21,672 nucleotides of DNA from Flagellimonas oceanensis (lineage in GTDB: Bacteria; Bacteroidota; Bacteroidia; Flavobacteriales; Flavobacteriaceae): NCBI RefSeq assembly GCF_003992595.1, contig NZ_RZNA01000047.1:167870-189541 (forward strand), read 5' to 3'. Positions 1 through 7,976 of this stretch are shown here, piece after piece. Below the pieces are notes generated by a model. It did no database searches. It was not told the DNA's origin and saw only the letters and a program-made list of their open reading frames with translations. How positions within the stretch are numbered: the stretch's first letter is position 1; each line of letters opens with the position of its first letter. Both the position numbers and the translations under genes were made by a program.

Positions 1-84
1 AAAAAGTTTGTACAAAGATAATTAAAATGCTTCTTTAGATTTAACAAGGTTCTGTTAGAACGGTGTTAAGGTCTTTAAAAGTAT

Positions 85-92
85 TAGCTTTG
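85..92 (+). promoter_or_regulatory. candidate Bacteroidota -7 promoter box (TAGCTTTG) for rsmG
   Basis: Exact match to TAnnTTTG, 20 nt upstream of the rsmG ATG. I found no clear -33 TTG partner. Confidence 0.3.
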
Positions 93-112
93 TCAAAAAT
101 ACTATTTGGAGC

Positions 113-748
113 ATGAAGGCGGAACTCATCCATAAATATTTTACGACGCTCAACGATGAACAGAAAGAGCAGTTTGCCAAGTTGGAGATGTTGTATAAGG
201 ACTGGAACCAGAAAATCAATGTGGTTTCCAGGAAGGATATTGATGAGTTGTACCTGCGTCATGTACTTCATTCTCTGGGGATTGCACAAATACAGATGTT
301 CAACGAAGGTTCCGAAATTTTGGATGTCGGGACCGGTGGCGGCTTTCCTGGTATTCCGCTGGCTATCTTGTTTCCAAACGTGAAATTTACCCTTGTTGAT
401 GCTATTGGGAAGAAGATAAAAGTGGTCAATGAAGTGATTGAGGGGTTGGGATTGACCAATGTCGAGACTTATCATTCGCGAGTGGAGGACATTCCCGGAC
501 AGTTCGATTTTATCGTTAGCCGGGCCGTGGCCGCTATGCCCACCTTTGTGCACTGGACGAAGGGGAAAATCAAAAAGGAATCTGTGCACGAACGCAAAAA
601 CGGCATACTTTATCTTAAAGGCGGAGACCTTACAGAGGAACTGAAGGGCTACGAAACCGTCCAGGTATTTGATTTAAACGAGTATTTTGAGGAAGAATTC
701 TTCGAGACTAAAAAAGTAGTGTACTTGCCCCAGAAGTATAAGGGTTAA
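113..748 (+). CDS. rsmG: 16S rRNA (guanine527-N7)-methyltransferase RsmG (GidB)
   Basis: 211 aa with an ATG start. SAM-binding motif LDVGTGGGFPGIPLAI and the overall RsmG layout (KINVVSRKDIDELYLRHVLHS...SRAVA). Confidence 0.9.
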   Translation: MKAELIHKYFTTLNDEQKEQFAKLEMLYKDWNQKINVVSRKDIDELYLRHVLHSLGIAQIQMFNEGSEILDVGTGGGFPGIPLAILFPNVKFTLVDAIGKKIKVVNEVIEGLGLTNVETYHSRVEDIPGQFDFIVSRAVAAMPTFVHWTKGKIKKESVHERKNGILYLKGGDLTEELKGYETVQVFDLNEYFEEEFFETKKVVYLPQKYKG

Positions 749-749
749 A

Positions 750-872
750 TTATATACTGTACATACGCTTATACACCAATCTACACTTTCTTGCGTAGTC
801 CTTGGCATAATGCCATAATTGCTGATATTTTTTAATCATCAATCTCCACCATGCATTGATTCGAGCTGTCAT
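750..872 (-). CDS. hypothetical 40-aa basic, Trp-rich peptide; may be spurious or part of an sRNA
   Basis: ATG at 872 and TAA at 750-752. Hand translation: MTARINAWWRLMIKKYQQLWHYAKDYARKCRLVYKRMYSI. An exact TAnnTTTG box lies 20 nt upstream. Below the ORF-track length cutoff. Confidence 0.2.
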   Translation of the reverse strand: MTARINAWWRLMIKKYQQLWHYAKDYARKCRLVYKRMYSI

Positions 873-892
873 AACTAATTGAGTTTATGTAA

Positions 893-900
893 CAAATATA
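893..900 (-). promoter_or_regulatory. candidate -7 promoter box (TATATTTG on the minus strand)
   Basis: Exact TAnnTTTG. A minus-strand TTG (plus 922-924) lies 21 nt upstream, and the ATG of the 40-codon ORF lies 20 nt downstream. Confidence 0.3.
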
Positions 901-1008
901 CGATATGTTACGTTAAGTTTACAATTAGTTAACGTTAAATTTACATTTAAATTGTGTTTTGACTATTGTTGGCGTATCAATTTGTTGATATGTAGGGGTA
1001 AGTAACTG

Positions 1009-1773
1009 TTATTGGTATAGGTTTTGCATGTCTGCCTCAGCGATATCCACTAATAGCTGTCCCATTTTGGCGCAAACCAGATTGAAGAACACCTCGCCTT
1101 TTTCCTTTGAAGCTTTGCTTGGATCGCCAACACCGGTGTCTTTGGTTATTTTGGACCAGGGTCGTTCCGTCCAGGCCCAACCTTCGGAAAAGGCTTTGAT
1201 TTTGTTTTTGAGTTCTTGTCCATCGCCCCAATCTTCTTTAGGTAATACCAATTCTGGGGTCAAATGTAGGATAAGGCTGGTCTCCATTTCATCTGCATGG
1301 TCTCCGGGAAGGTCAAAAACACCAGATTCAGTGCCCAATTTAAACCAATTCGTGACGCAAAGGAACATATCTGGGAAAAGTAGCCCCAGTTCCCTTACGA
1401 TCGCTTTCCAGTTGTTGCCTCCATGGCTGTTCATGATCATGAACTTTTTTACGCCCTGGCGGTCCAATACGGTAATGAGGTCTTTCAATATGGCAAATTG
1501 GGTGCTCGGATTCAGGTTCATATCCAGATATATGTCCGATTGCCCTGTGTTTACCCCAAAAGGGATAGTGGGAAGTACTACGACCTTGCTTCCTTGCTCC
1601 CAGGCTATTCTGGCGGATTCCTCAGCTATCGAAGTGCCTTCTATCACATCGGTGGCGTAGGGGAGATGGTAGTTGTGGGCTTCGGTGGCTCCCCAAGGTA
1701 AAATGGCCAAATCAAAAGATTCGTCCTTGAGGTGTTTCCAATTGGTTTCGGCCAAAATATAGGGTCTGGGCAT
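1009..1773 (-). CDS. creatininase-family amidohydrolase
   Basis: Motifs PWGATEAHNYHLPYATD, MNSHGGN and DHADEMETS. The track start at 1797 is a TTG inside the upstream terminator, so I trimmed to the ATG at 1773 (254 aa). Confidence 0.85.
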   Translation of the reverse strand: MPRPYILAETNWKHLKDESFDLAILPWGATEAHNYHLPYATDVIEGTSIAEESARIAWEQGSKVVVLPTIPFGVNTGQSDIYLDMNLNPSTQFAILKDLITVLDRQGVKKFMIMNSHGGNNWKAIVRELGLLFPDMFLCVTNWFKLGTESGVFDLPGDHADEMETSLILHLTPELVLPKEDWGDGQELKNKIKAFSEGWAWTERPWSKITKDTGVGDPSKASKEKGEVFFNLVCAKMGQLLVDIAEADMQNLYQ

Positions 1774-1794
1774 GGGTCTCTGGGTTAGGTTAAA

Positions 1795-1828
1795 CAAAAA
1801 AGGCCATCATTACTCAATGACGGCCTTT
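1795..1828 (-). terminator. rho-independent terminator after pruA
   Basis: Minus-strand RNA: GGCCGUCAUU-GAGU-AAUGAUGGCC, a 10-bp stem with one G-U pair, followed by UUUUUUG. On the plus strand the same position is an A-C mismatch, which favours minus-strand function. Confidence 0.65.
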
Positions 1829-1847
1829 AAATTAACTGTTTTTGGGC

Positions 1848-3476
1848 TTATCCCAAAAATGGATATCTATAATCCTCGGGAGTTACAAAAGTCTCCTTGA
1901 TCAATCTAGGGGAGACCCAACGCAATAGGTTCTGCATGGATCCGGCCTTATCATTGGTTCCCGAAGCTCTTGCGCCACCAAAAGGCTGCTGTCCCACAAC
2001 GGCGCCCGTTGGCTTGTCGTTGATGTAGAAGTTCCCCGCTGCATTCTGTAATGCTTTGGTCGCCTCATCAATGGAGTAACGGTCCCCGGAAAGCACCGCG
2101 CCCGTCAGTCCGTATTCGGAAGTGCCATCCACCAATTTCAAGGTCTCACTCCAGTCCTTGTCTTCGTAAACATAAACAGTGACCACGGGTCCAAAGAGTT
2201 CAGTGTACATGGTTTCGTACTGCGGATCGGTTGTCAAAATAACCGTAGGCTCCACAAAATACCCCACGGACTTATCGTAATTGCCTCCTGCTATGATTTC
2301 TGCATTGTCATCGGCCTTGGCCTGATCGATGAACTTGGCCAGTTTGTCAAAAGACCCTTCGTGAATCACGGCAGTTATGAAATTGCTCATGTCCTCTGGA
2401 GAGCCTGGCTTGTTGAAAGAGGCAATGTCTTTTTTGACCAATTCCAAGATTTCATCGGCAGTGGATTTCGGCAAATACACACGTGATGCTGCACTACATT
2501 TTTGACCTTGGAACTCAAAGGCGCCTCGGCTGATCGCTGTAGCTACTTGTTGGGGCTTGGCAGTTGGGTGTGCAATGATGAAATCCTTACCTCCGGTCTC
2601 GCCCACGATTCGCGGATAGGATTTGTACTTGTGGATGTTGTTTCCGATTTGTTTCCAAAGGTTCTTAAACACCGTTGTGGAACCAGTAAAGTGAATTCCG
2701 GAGAAATCTGGGCTGTCCAACACGGTGTCGGAAATCATAACGGGATCGCCATAGACCACGTTGATGACGCCATCGGGCAAACCAGCTTCCTTAAGTACGT
2801 CCACGATCACTTTAGCGGAATATATTTGACTGTCACTAGGCTTCCAGATAGAAACATTACCCATCATCGCTGCACTGGTGGGAAGGTTACCTGCAATCGC
2901 CGTGAAGTTGAAAGGGGTAATGGCATAGACAAAACCTTCCAGCGGACGGTATTCCACACGGTTCCATACGCCTTCAGAAGATTCGGGCTGTTCGCCATAA
3001 ATCTGGGACATGTACTCCACATTGAAACGGAGGAAATCCACGATCTCACAGGCGGAATCAATCTCGGCCTGATAAATATTTTTGGATTGTGCGAGCATGG
3101 TCGCGGCGTTCATCTTTTGGCGGTAAGGCCCTGCGATGAGGTCGGCAGCTTTCAAAAAGACGGCGCAACGCTGTTCCCAAGTCAAGTTGGCCCATGCCTC
3201 TCTGGCTTCCAAACTATTGGCGATGGCCTTTTCCACATGTGCTTTTTCCGCCAAATGGTATTGTCCTATCACATGCTTGTGGTCGTGCGGAGGGGATAAT
3301 GGCTTGGTGTTGCCTGTTTTTATTTCTTCGCTTCCAATGTACAATGGGATGTCCACATGGTCATTGTAAAACGCTTTATATTGTTTTAGTACTTCTTCTC
3401 GTTCTGGAGAACCCGGAGCATAGCTCAGTACAGGTTCGTTATATGCAGTTGGAACTTGAAAAAATCCTTTTCCCAT
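1848..3476 (-). CDS. pruA: L-glutamate gamma-semialdehyde (1-pyrroline-5-carboxylate) dehydrogenase
   Basis: Aldehyde dehydrogenase motifs ETGGKDF and FEFQGQKCSAASR, plus a PruA-type N-terminus MGKGFFQVPTAYNEPV. The track start at 3512 is TTG, so I trimmed to the ATG at 3476 (542 aa). Confidence 0.9.
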   Translation of the reverse strand: MGKGFFQVPTAYNEPVLSYAPGSPEREEVLKQYKAFYNDHVDIPLYIGSEEIKTGNTKPLSPPHDHKHVIGQYHLAEKAHVEKAIANSLEAREAWANLTWEQRCAVFLKAADLIAGPYRQKMNAATMLAQSKNIYQAEIDSACEIVDFLRFNVEYMSQIYGEQPESSEGVWNRVEYRPLEGFVYAITPFNFTAIAGNLPTSAAMMGNVSIWKPSDSQIYSAKVIVDVLKEAGLPDGVINVVYGDPVMISDTVLDSPDFSGIHFTGSTTVFKNLWKQIGNNIHKYKSYPRIVGETGGKDFIIAHPTAKPQQVATAISRGAFEFQGQKCSAASRVYLPKSTADEILELVKKDIASFNKPGSPEDMSNFITAVIHEGSFDKLAKFIDQAKADDNAEIIAGGNYDKSVGYFVEPTVILTTDPQYETMYTELFGPVVTVYVYEDKDWSETLKLVDGTSEYGLTGAVLSGDRYSIDEATKALQNAAGNFYINDKPTGAVVGQQPFGGARASGTNDKAGSMQNLLRWVSPRLIKETFVTPEDYRYPFLG

Positions 3477-3509
3477 AGAAATGTTTTTTTTAATGATTAA
3501 CAATTCTAT

Positions 3510-3517
3510 CAAAGATA
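3510..3517 (-). promoter_or_regulatory. candidate -7 promoter box (TATCTTTG on the minus strand) for pruA
   Basis: Exact TAnnTTTG, 33 nt upstream of the pruA ATG in the 74-nt apaG-pruA spacer. Confidence 0.3.
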
Positions 3518-3550
3518 GGGAAACCTATAGGGAATAGAAAATGACCGGGA

Positions 3551-3937
3551 TTAGTTTATGGCAAAGGGTGCGGCAAACTTAAAAGTGGGTATTTCCACCT
3601 CGAACTCCTCGGCGTTGGAAAAGTTGACCATTTGATAAAAACCGCGCATGGCACCAACGGGCGATGCCAAAAGGCAGCCGGAACTATAGGTGTGGGATTT
3701 TCCAGGTTTAATCACCGGTTTCCTGCCTATAACACCTTCTCCGTCAATGGTCTCGATGTCCTTGAGCGCGTCAAATACATCCCAGTGCCTAGCGGTAAGT
3801 TGTACCGTGTCCGTACTTTGGTTCTCTATGGTAATGGTGTAGCCAAATGCGTAATGCACTTTGTAATTCTTAAAAAATGTGCCTTCAAATGAAGTGCGTA
3901 CAGATACTTTTATCCCTTTGGTTACCTGAGTAAACAT
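3551..3937 (-). CDS. apaG: ApaG (DUF525) protein
   Basis: 128 aa from the ATG at 3937 (the track start at 3946 is TTG). ApaG-like sequence VHYAFGYTITIENQS...HTYSSGCLLASPVGAMRGFYQM. Confidence 0.85.
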   Translation of the reverse strand: MFTQVTKGIKVSVRTSFEGTFFKNYKVHYAFGYTITIENQSTDTVQLTARHWDVFDALKDIETIDGEGVIGRKPVIKPGKSHTYSSGCLLASPVGAMRGFYQMVNFSNAEEFEVEIPTFKFAAPFAIN

Positions 3938-3942
3938 AACTA

Positions 3943-5196
3943 TCAATAGGTTAAACCGCTTCCTGCAAACGTAACTATGATCGTGAAAAAGGCCAGAATC
4001 ATAAATATAGTGTTCAGAAAGATGTATTTCACAATAGTTTTAAATCTTCCTTGTCCATAAAATTTTCGCATTGCCTTATAGAGGTAAAAAGCAAAAATCA
4101 ATAGAAAAATCCCCGAGCTGTCCATATTGAATATGGTATCCAATGTAAGGCTAAGGATGAGCAAGATAAACAAGAGGGACTGATTGTGGAAACTAAAAAT
4201 GAGATGATCGGTGTAGGTGTAGTTTTTTCTGATGTAAACCAACCAAATGAAGATTGTGAACACAGGCATGAAGAAGAAAATTACAAAAGGCAACTTGGAG
4301 ATGGTTTCGTTGACCCAGGTCCCAGGTTCACTCATAACCTTCCAGATACTGTTTGAAAGGTTGAAGGCCATTTTGTTGGTGGTGCTCTCTTCAATATGGT
4401 AAAGGTTCCGGGCCTGTTCAAAGTTCTTTAAGGTGTCCTTTTTAATATAGAGTCCAAAAAACTCTGCTTTTTTGGAAAACCCATCCATGCCTGATTTTTC
4501 CTCGAGTGTTTTAAAATAGCCTGAGGGGTCGGCGTTCATGAAAGAATCCTTTTTTCGTTGTGTTTTTTCAATGTCTTTTATAAAGACACCAAGAGAATCC
4601 AAATTTCCCATTTTAGAGAAAAGTTTGGGGTCTGCTTTTTTAATGGAATCAAGATTGTTGAGGCCAACCATGATGCCTGGATTTGTTTTTTTTAATGAAT
4701 CCAAGGTATTTTGGGTGGCTTTGCCCTGCTTCTCCAACGCAACGCTATCCACTTCTAGACCTCCCGAATCCGTGTTGAACTTAAAAGGTGAGCCGTTGTA
4801 GATGGTCCCATCAAAATCCTTGGCGGCATCGTCCCAATCATCAAATTGGCTATTGTAGGTGAACATTAAAAAATATAGAAAGGCCAAACTCAGTAAAAAG
4901 CGAAACGGATTCGTGTAGGTTACCCGTTTCCCGTTGACGTAGTCTTTGGTGATCCGGCCCGGTCTCAATAATAGGGCATACAGGGTTTTAAGGAGCTTGG
5001 AGTCGTAATTGATCAATCCTGAAAAGAATTCATCGAAAAAATCCTTGAGCGTTAATTTTTTGGTGCTATTGGCCTGCGAGCAATTGGGGCAGTACTTGTC
5101 ACTGATGTCCAGCGGATGTCCGCAGTTGAGGCATTTTACGCCCCTGAACTTTAATTCGTAGCGACCTTTGGAAATCAAACCATCTTTTTTGCCCAT
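3943..5196 (-). CDS. DUF3667-type membrane protein with an N-terminal zinc ribbon
   Basis: CLNCGHPLDISDKYCPNC zinc ribbon, then LLLRPGRITKDYVNGKRVTYTNPFRF (the DUF3667 signature as I recall it). Several hydrophobic helices lie at the C-terminus. Confidence 0.65.
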   Translation of the reverse strand: MGKKDGLISKGRYELKFRGVKCLNCGHPLDISDKYCPNCSQANSTKKLTLKDFFDEFFSGLINYDSKLLKTLYALLLRPGRITKDYVNGKRVTYTNPFRFLLSLAFLYFLMFTYNSQFDDWDDAAKDFDGTIYNGSPFKFNTDSGGLEVDSVALEKQGKATQNTLDSLKKTNPGIMVGLNNLDSIKKADPKLFSKMGNLDSLGVFIKDIEKTQRKKDSFMNADPSGYFKTLEEKSGMDGFSKKAEFFGLYIKKDTLKNFEQARNLYHIEESTTNKMAFNLSNSIWKVMSEPGTWVNETISKLPFVIFFFMPVFTIFIWLVYIRKNYTYTDHLIFSFHNQSLLFILLILSLTLDTIFNMDSSGIFLLIFAFYLYKAMRKFYGQGRFKTIVKYIFLNTIFMILAFFTIIVTFAGSGLTY

Positions 5197-5225
5197 GCCT
5201 TGAAGGATTTGGGGCTAAAGATAAA

Positions 5226-6479
5226 TTAATTGCTGATATTTCTGGAATTGGCAGAGCCAATGCCGATTATGCTATCGTACATATCGCCAAAATCCCGATA
5301 ATAGACAAGGATGAGGTAGTTGTTCTCCGTAAAATGAAAATTGCCACTTACCAGGTTGGGTTCAATGGTCCCATCTTCCTTTTGTACTACATATTTATAA
5401 TTGTAGAAACCCTGTTTGATCATCAGGGTGGCTTCGGATTTTCCGTTTTCTTCATTGAAGGTCATTCTGTTCTCATCCGTCAAGGCGTAGTTGTTGAACT
5501 TTCCAATGACATAAACATGGTTCAGTCCAATCAGGTTACTGTAAGGCAGACTAAAATGGACTTTGGAATATTCAGCCTCCCTTGAAACGTCTTCCCCTTG
5601 TAGGGTTCGGACCACAAAATCCCCATTGATGTCCGGAAAATAGGTGTACTCCTGATCAAATCTAAATTCGTTGGTAAACAGGTAGTGATGGTACACATCC
5701 CTCATTTCAATGTTCGACACGGCAAAGGTGGGCGAGCGAAGGTCCTTGGTGTCGAAATAGAGGTATTCGTTACCGCCGAAAAAACTGGTTTCCTCATTGT
5801 ATTTGTAAACGAGTTCAGTCCCAATGGTGAACTGGGGCTTAATGTTGTATAGTGCCGTGGGCCATTGATGATTTTGTATGATGGCGACTTTCACTTCCCT
5901 TTTTGGGTTGACCACATTGAAACCTGCCGTATTGATATTGAACTGGACCACTTGTTTGGTATTGATGAAGTTGAAGTCCCTGGATCGTTTAACCACGCCG
6001 GAGACGGCTACGGCATCCCGGTATACGACAAACCTTCTGGAGAATTGAAGCTCGCCATAACTGTTGTATATTTCCAGCACATAATTGCCACTTACCCTCA
6101 ATTTAACGTTCTGGTTGGGGATGGAAAGGCGATAATTGGAATAGGGCTGCAAGGTTGTGTAGCTGTTTTCATAATCGATGATGCGTTGATTGTCGGCGCC
6201 GTCCAAATACTGGGATTTCAATAGTTGGGAAGGGGTCCAATCGTAATCGCAATGCACTATTTTGTAATAATAATCCTGTTCATTGGCCATAAGGTCATCA
6301 AACTCCAAGGTCATGGATTCCCCAAGTTGGATTACGGGGAACTGGTCTTCCGTGGGACCCTTGAAAACAATTGATTTGATGTTTTCAGGAGGGTTGACCT
6401 CTTTCATGATTTGGCCAAAAGCCGAAGGGGAAAACAAGCCAATTAGCAACAAAATGTAGGTATAACGTATCAAGGACAT
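5226..6479 (-). CDS. DUF5103 / T9SS plug-like protein with a signal peptide
   Basis: Signal peptide MSLIRYTYILLLIGLFSPSAFGQ. The length of about 417 aa and the block LEFDDL...DYYYKIVHCDYDWTPS match my memory of the DUF5103 (T9SS_plug) family. Confidence 0.55.
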   Translation of the reverse strand: MSLIRYTYILLLIGLFSPSAFGQIMKEVNPPENIKSIVFKGPTEDQFPVIQLGESMTLEFDDLMANEQDYYYKIVHCDYDWTPSQLLKSQYLDGADNQRIIDYENSYTTLQPYSNYRLSIPNQNVKLRVSGNYVLEIYNSYGELQFSRRFVVYRDAVAVSGVVKRSRDFNFINTKQVVQFNINTAGFNVVNPKREVKVAIIQNHQWPTALYNIKPQFTIGTELVYKYNEETSFFGGNEYLYFDTKDLRSPTFAVSNIEMRDVYHHYLFTNEFRFDQEYTYFPDINGDFVVRTLQGEDVSREAEYSKVHFSLPYSNLIGLNHVYVIGKFNNYALTDENRMTFNEENGKSEATLMIKQGFYNYKYVVQKEDGTIEPNLVSGNFHFTENNYLILVYYRDFGDMYDSIIGIGSANSRNISN

Positions 6480-6580
6480 GATTTTGGTGTAAAGTTAAAC
6501 AAAAAGTATGCCCAGTGAATTAAGCTCGGTATAATCCCATATTTTATAGTTAATTATTATGAAAACAATCCTTTTAGTGC

Positions 6581-6588
6581 TATTTTTG
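6581..6588 (+). promoter_or_regulatory. candidate -7 promoter box (TATTTTTG) for the nqr operon
   Basis: Exact TAnnTTTG, 34 nt upstream of the nqrA ATG in the 143-nt divergent spacer. No clear -33 element. Confidence 0.3.
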
Positions 6589-6622
6589 CGTCCGATTTTG
6601 ATAACAAAAGGTCTACAATAAT

Positions 6623-7975
6623 ATGTCTAAAGACATCCGGATTAAAAAGGGGTTGGACATCAACCTCGTCGGGGCGGCAGAGCAGACTATTTCCAAAGCC
6701 GTTACAAGTAACGTATACGCCCTGAACCTAGATGATTTCCATGGAATCACTCCAAAAATGTTGATAAAACAAGGGGAAGAGATAAAAGCGGGCGAACCCC
6801 TCTTTTATAACAAGAACAACGAAGAAATGCACTTTGTTTCCCCAGTGAGTGGTGAACTTGTGGAAATCGTGAGGGGGGCAAGGAGAAGAATCTTAACGCT
6901 GAAGGTCCTTGCCGACAAAGAACAGAATTACATGATCAACAAGGTGCCGGATTTGGATACGGCAGATGGGGATGCCATTAAAACCTACCTTTTACAGTGT
7001 GGGGGCTGGCCTTTCATCAAGCAAAGACCTTATGATGTGATCGCGGACCCAGAAGCGACCCCAAAGGCAATTTTTGTCTCGGCGTACGCTACGGCTCCAC
7101 TGGCAGCAGACCCTGATTTTGTCCTAAAGGACAAGGAGCAGGAGATTCAGGCGGCCATAATGGCGCTTAGCAAAATGACCCCTGGGAAAATCCACGTGAC
7201 CATTGCAAAGTCCAGTAGATCGCCTTTTAATGATATAAAAGGAATAGAGCTTCACAAAATATCAGGACCGCACCCAGCAGGTTTGGTTGGGACACAAATC
7301 AACAGAATTGACCCTGTGAACAAGGGGGAGACTGTTTGGACCTTGTCTCCGCAAGACCTTGTGATGATGGGCGAGCTGCTTTTGACGGGTAAGTTCAACG
7401 CTGAGCGTGTCGTGGCCTTGGCCGGATCTGTTGTAAAGGAGCCAAAATACTATAAAACCAAAATCGGTGCTGAAATCTCCACCTTCCTATATGCAAGTGG
7501 TGTGAAAGAGGATAGGTTCCGATTGATCAACGGAGATGTGCTCACGGGTGCGAAAACACATACTGAGGGGCATCTTGGGTTCTATAATAATACGGTAACC
7601 GCCATCCCGGAAGGCGATGATTACGAGTTTTTTGGGTGGAACAAGCCGGTTTTCAATAAAATATCATCCACAAGGGCATTGACCTTCTCTTGGTTGCAGC
7701 CTAAAAGGAAATACGATTTGGATACCAATACCAATGGGGAGCACAGGGCTTTCGTGGTAACAGGTAGGTACGAAGAGGTTTTTCCTCTGGACATATACCC
7801 GCTTCAGTTGTTGAAGGCCTGTATGGTAAAGGATTTGGACGAAATGGAACAATTGGGGCTTTACGAAGTGGCTCCAGAGGATTTCTCCTTGACGGAATTC
7901 ATATGCATATCAAAACAACCACACCAACAAATAATCAGGGAAGGATTGGATTTGTTGCAAAAAGAACTTGGATAA
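6623..7975 (+). CDS. nqrA: Na+-translocating NADH:quinone oxidoreductase subunit A
   Basis: 450 aa and first gene of a six-gene nqr array. NqrA-like N-terminus MSKDIRIKKGLDINLVGAAE. Confidence 0.93.
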   Translation: MSKDIRIKKGLDINLVGAAEQTISKAVTSNVYALNLDDFHGITPKMLIKQGEEIKAGEPLFYNKNNEEMHFVSPVSGELVEIVRGARRRILTLKVLADKEQNYMINKVPDLDTADGDAIKTYLLQCGGWPFIKQRPYDVIADPEATPKAIFVSAYATAPLAADPDFVLKDKEQEIQAAIMALSKMTPGKIHVTIAKSSRSPFNDIKGIELHKISGPHPAGLVGTQINRIDPVNKGETVWTLSPQDLVMMGELLLTGKFNAERVVALAGSVVKEPKYYKTKIGAEISTFLYASGVKEDRFRLINGDVLTGAKTHTEGHLGFYNNTVTAIPEGDDYEFFGWNKPVFNKISSTRALTFSWLQPKRKYDLDTNTNGEHRAFVVTGRYEEVFPLDIYPLQLLKACMVKDLDEMEQLGLYEVAPEDFSLTEFICISKQPHQQIIREGLDLLQKELG

Positions 7976-7976
7976 T

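Noticed and set aside
7-16. Perfect 10-bp palindrome TTTGTACAAA at the left window edge
   Set aside because: It is short, AT-rich and lacks upstream context at the window edge, so it cannot be told apart from chance.
803-833. TGGCA-TAA-TGCCA hairpin plus a later T-run as a possible rsmG terminator
   Set aside because: The stem is only 5 bp, and the T-run starts 12 nt after the stem. That is too weak to call.
1774-1797. N-terminal extensions in the ORF track (starts at 1797, 3512, 3946, 7968, 12775, 15789 and 21194)
   Set aside because: I checked the DNA: all are TTG codons translated as M. In each case an in-frame ATG 3-12 codons downstream gives a canonical N-terminus or signal peptide. 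Two of the TTGs lie inside terminator T-tracts.
2502-3299. 265-aa plus-strand ORF inside pruA. Similar long antisense ORFs occur at 1028-1660, 7995-8588, 11654-12403, 19282-19791, 5865-6224 and 41-589.
   Set aside because: Each lies opposite a confidently recognised gene (pruA, creatininase, nqrB, nqrF, M15, DUF5103, rsmG) and has no motif of its own. These are typical shadow ORFs of a codon-biased coding strand.
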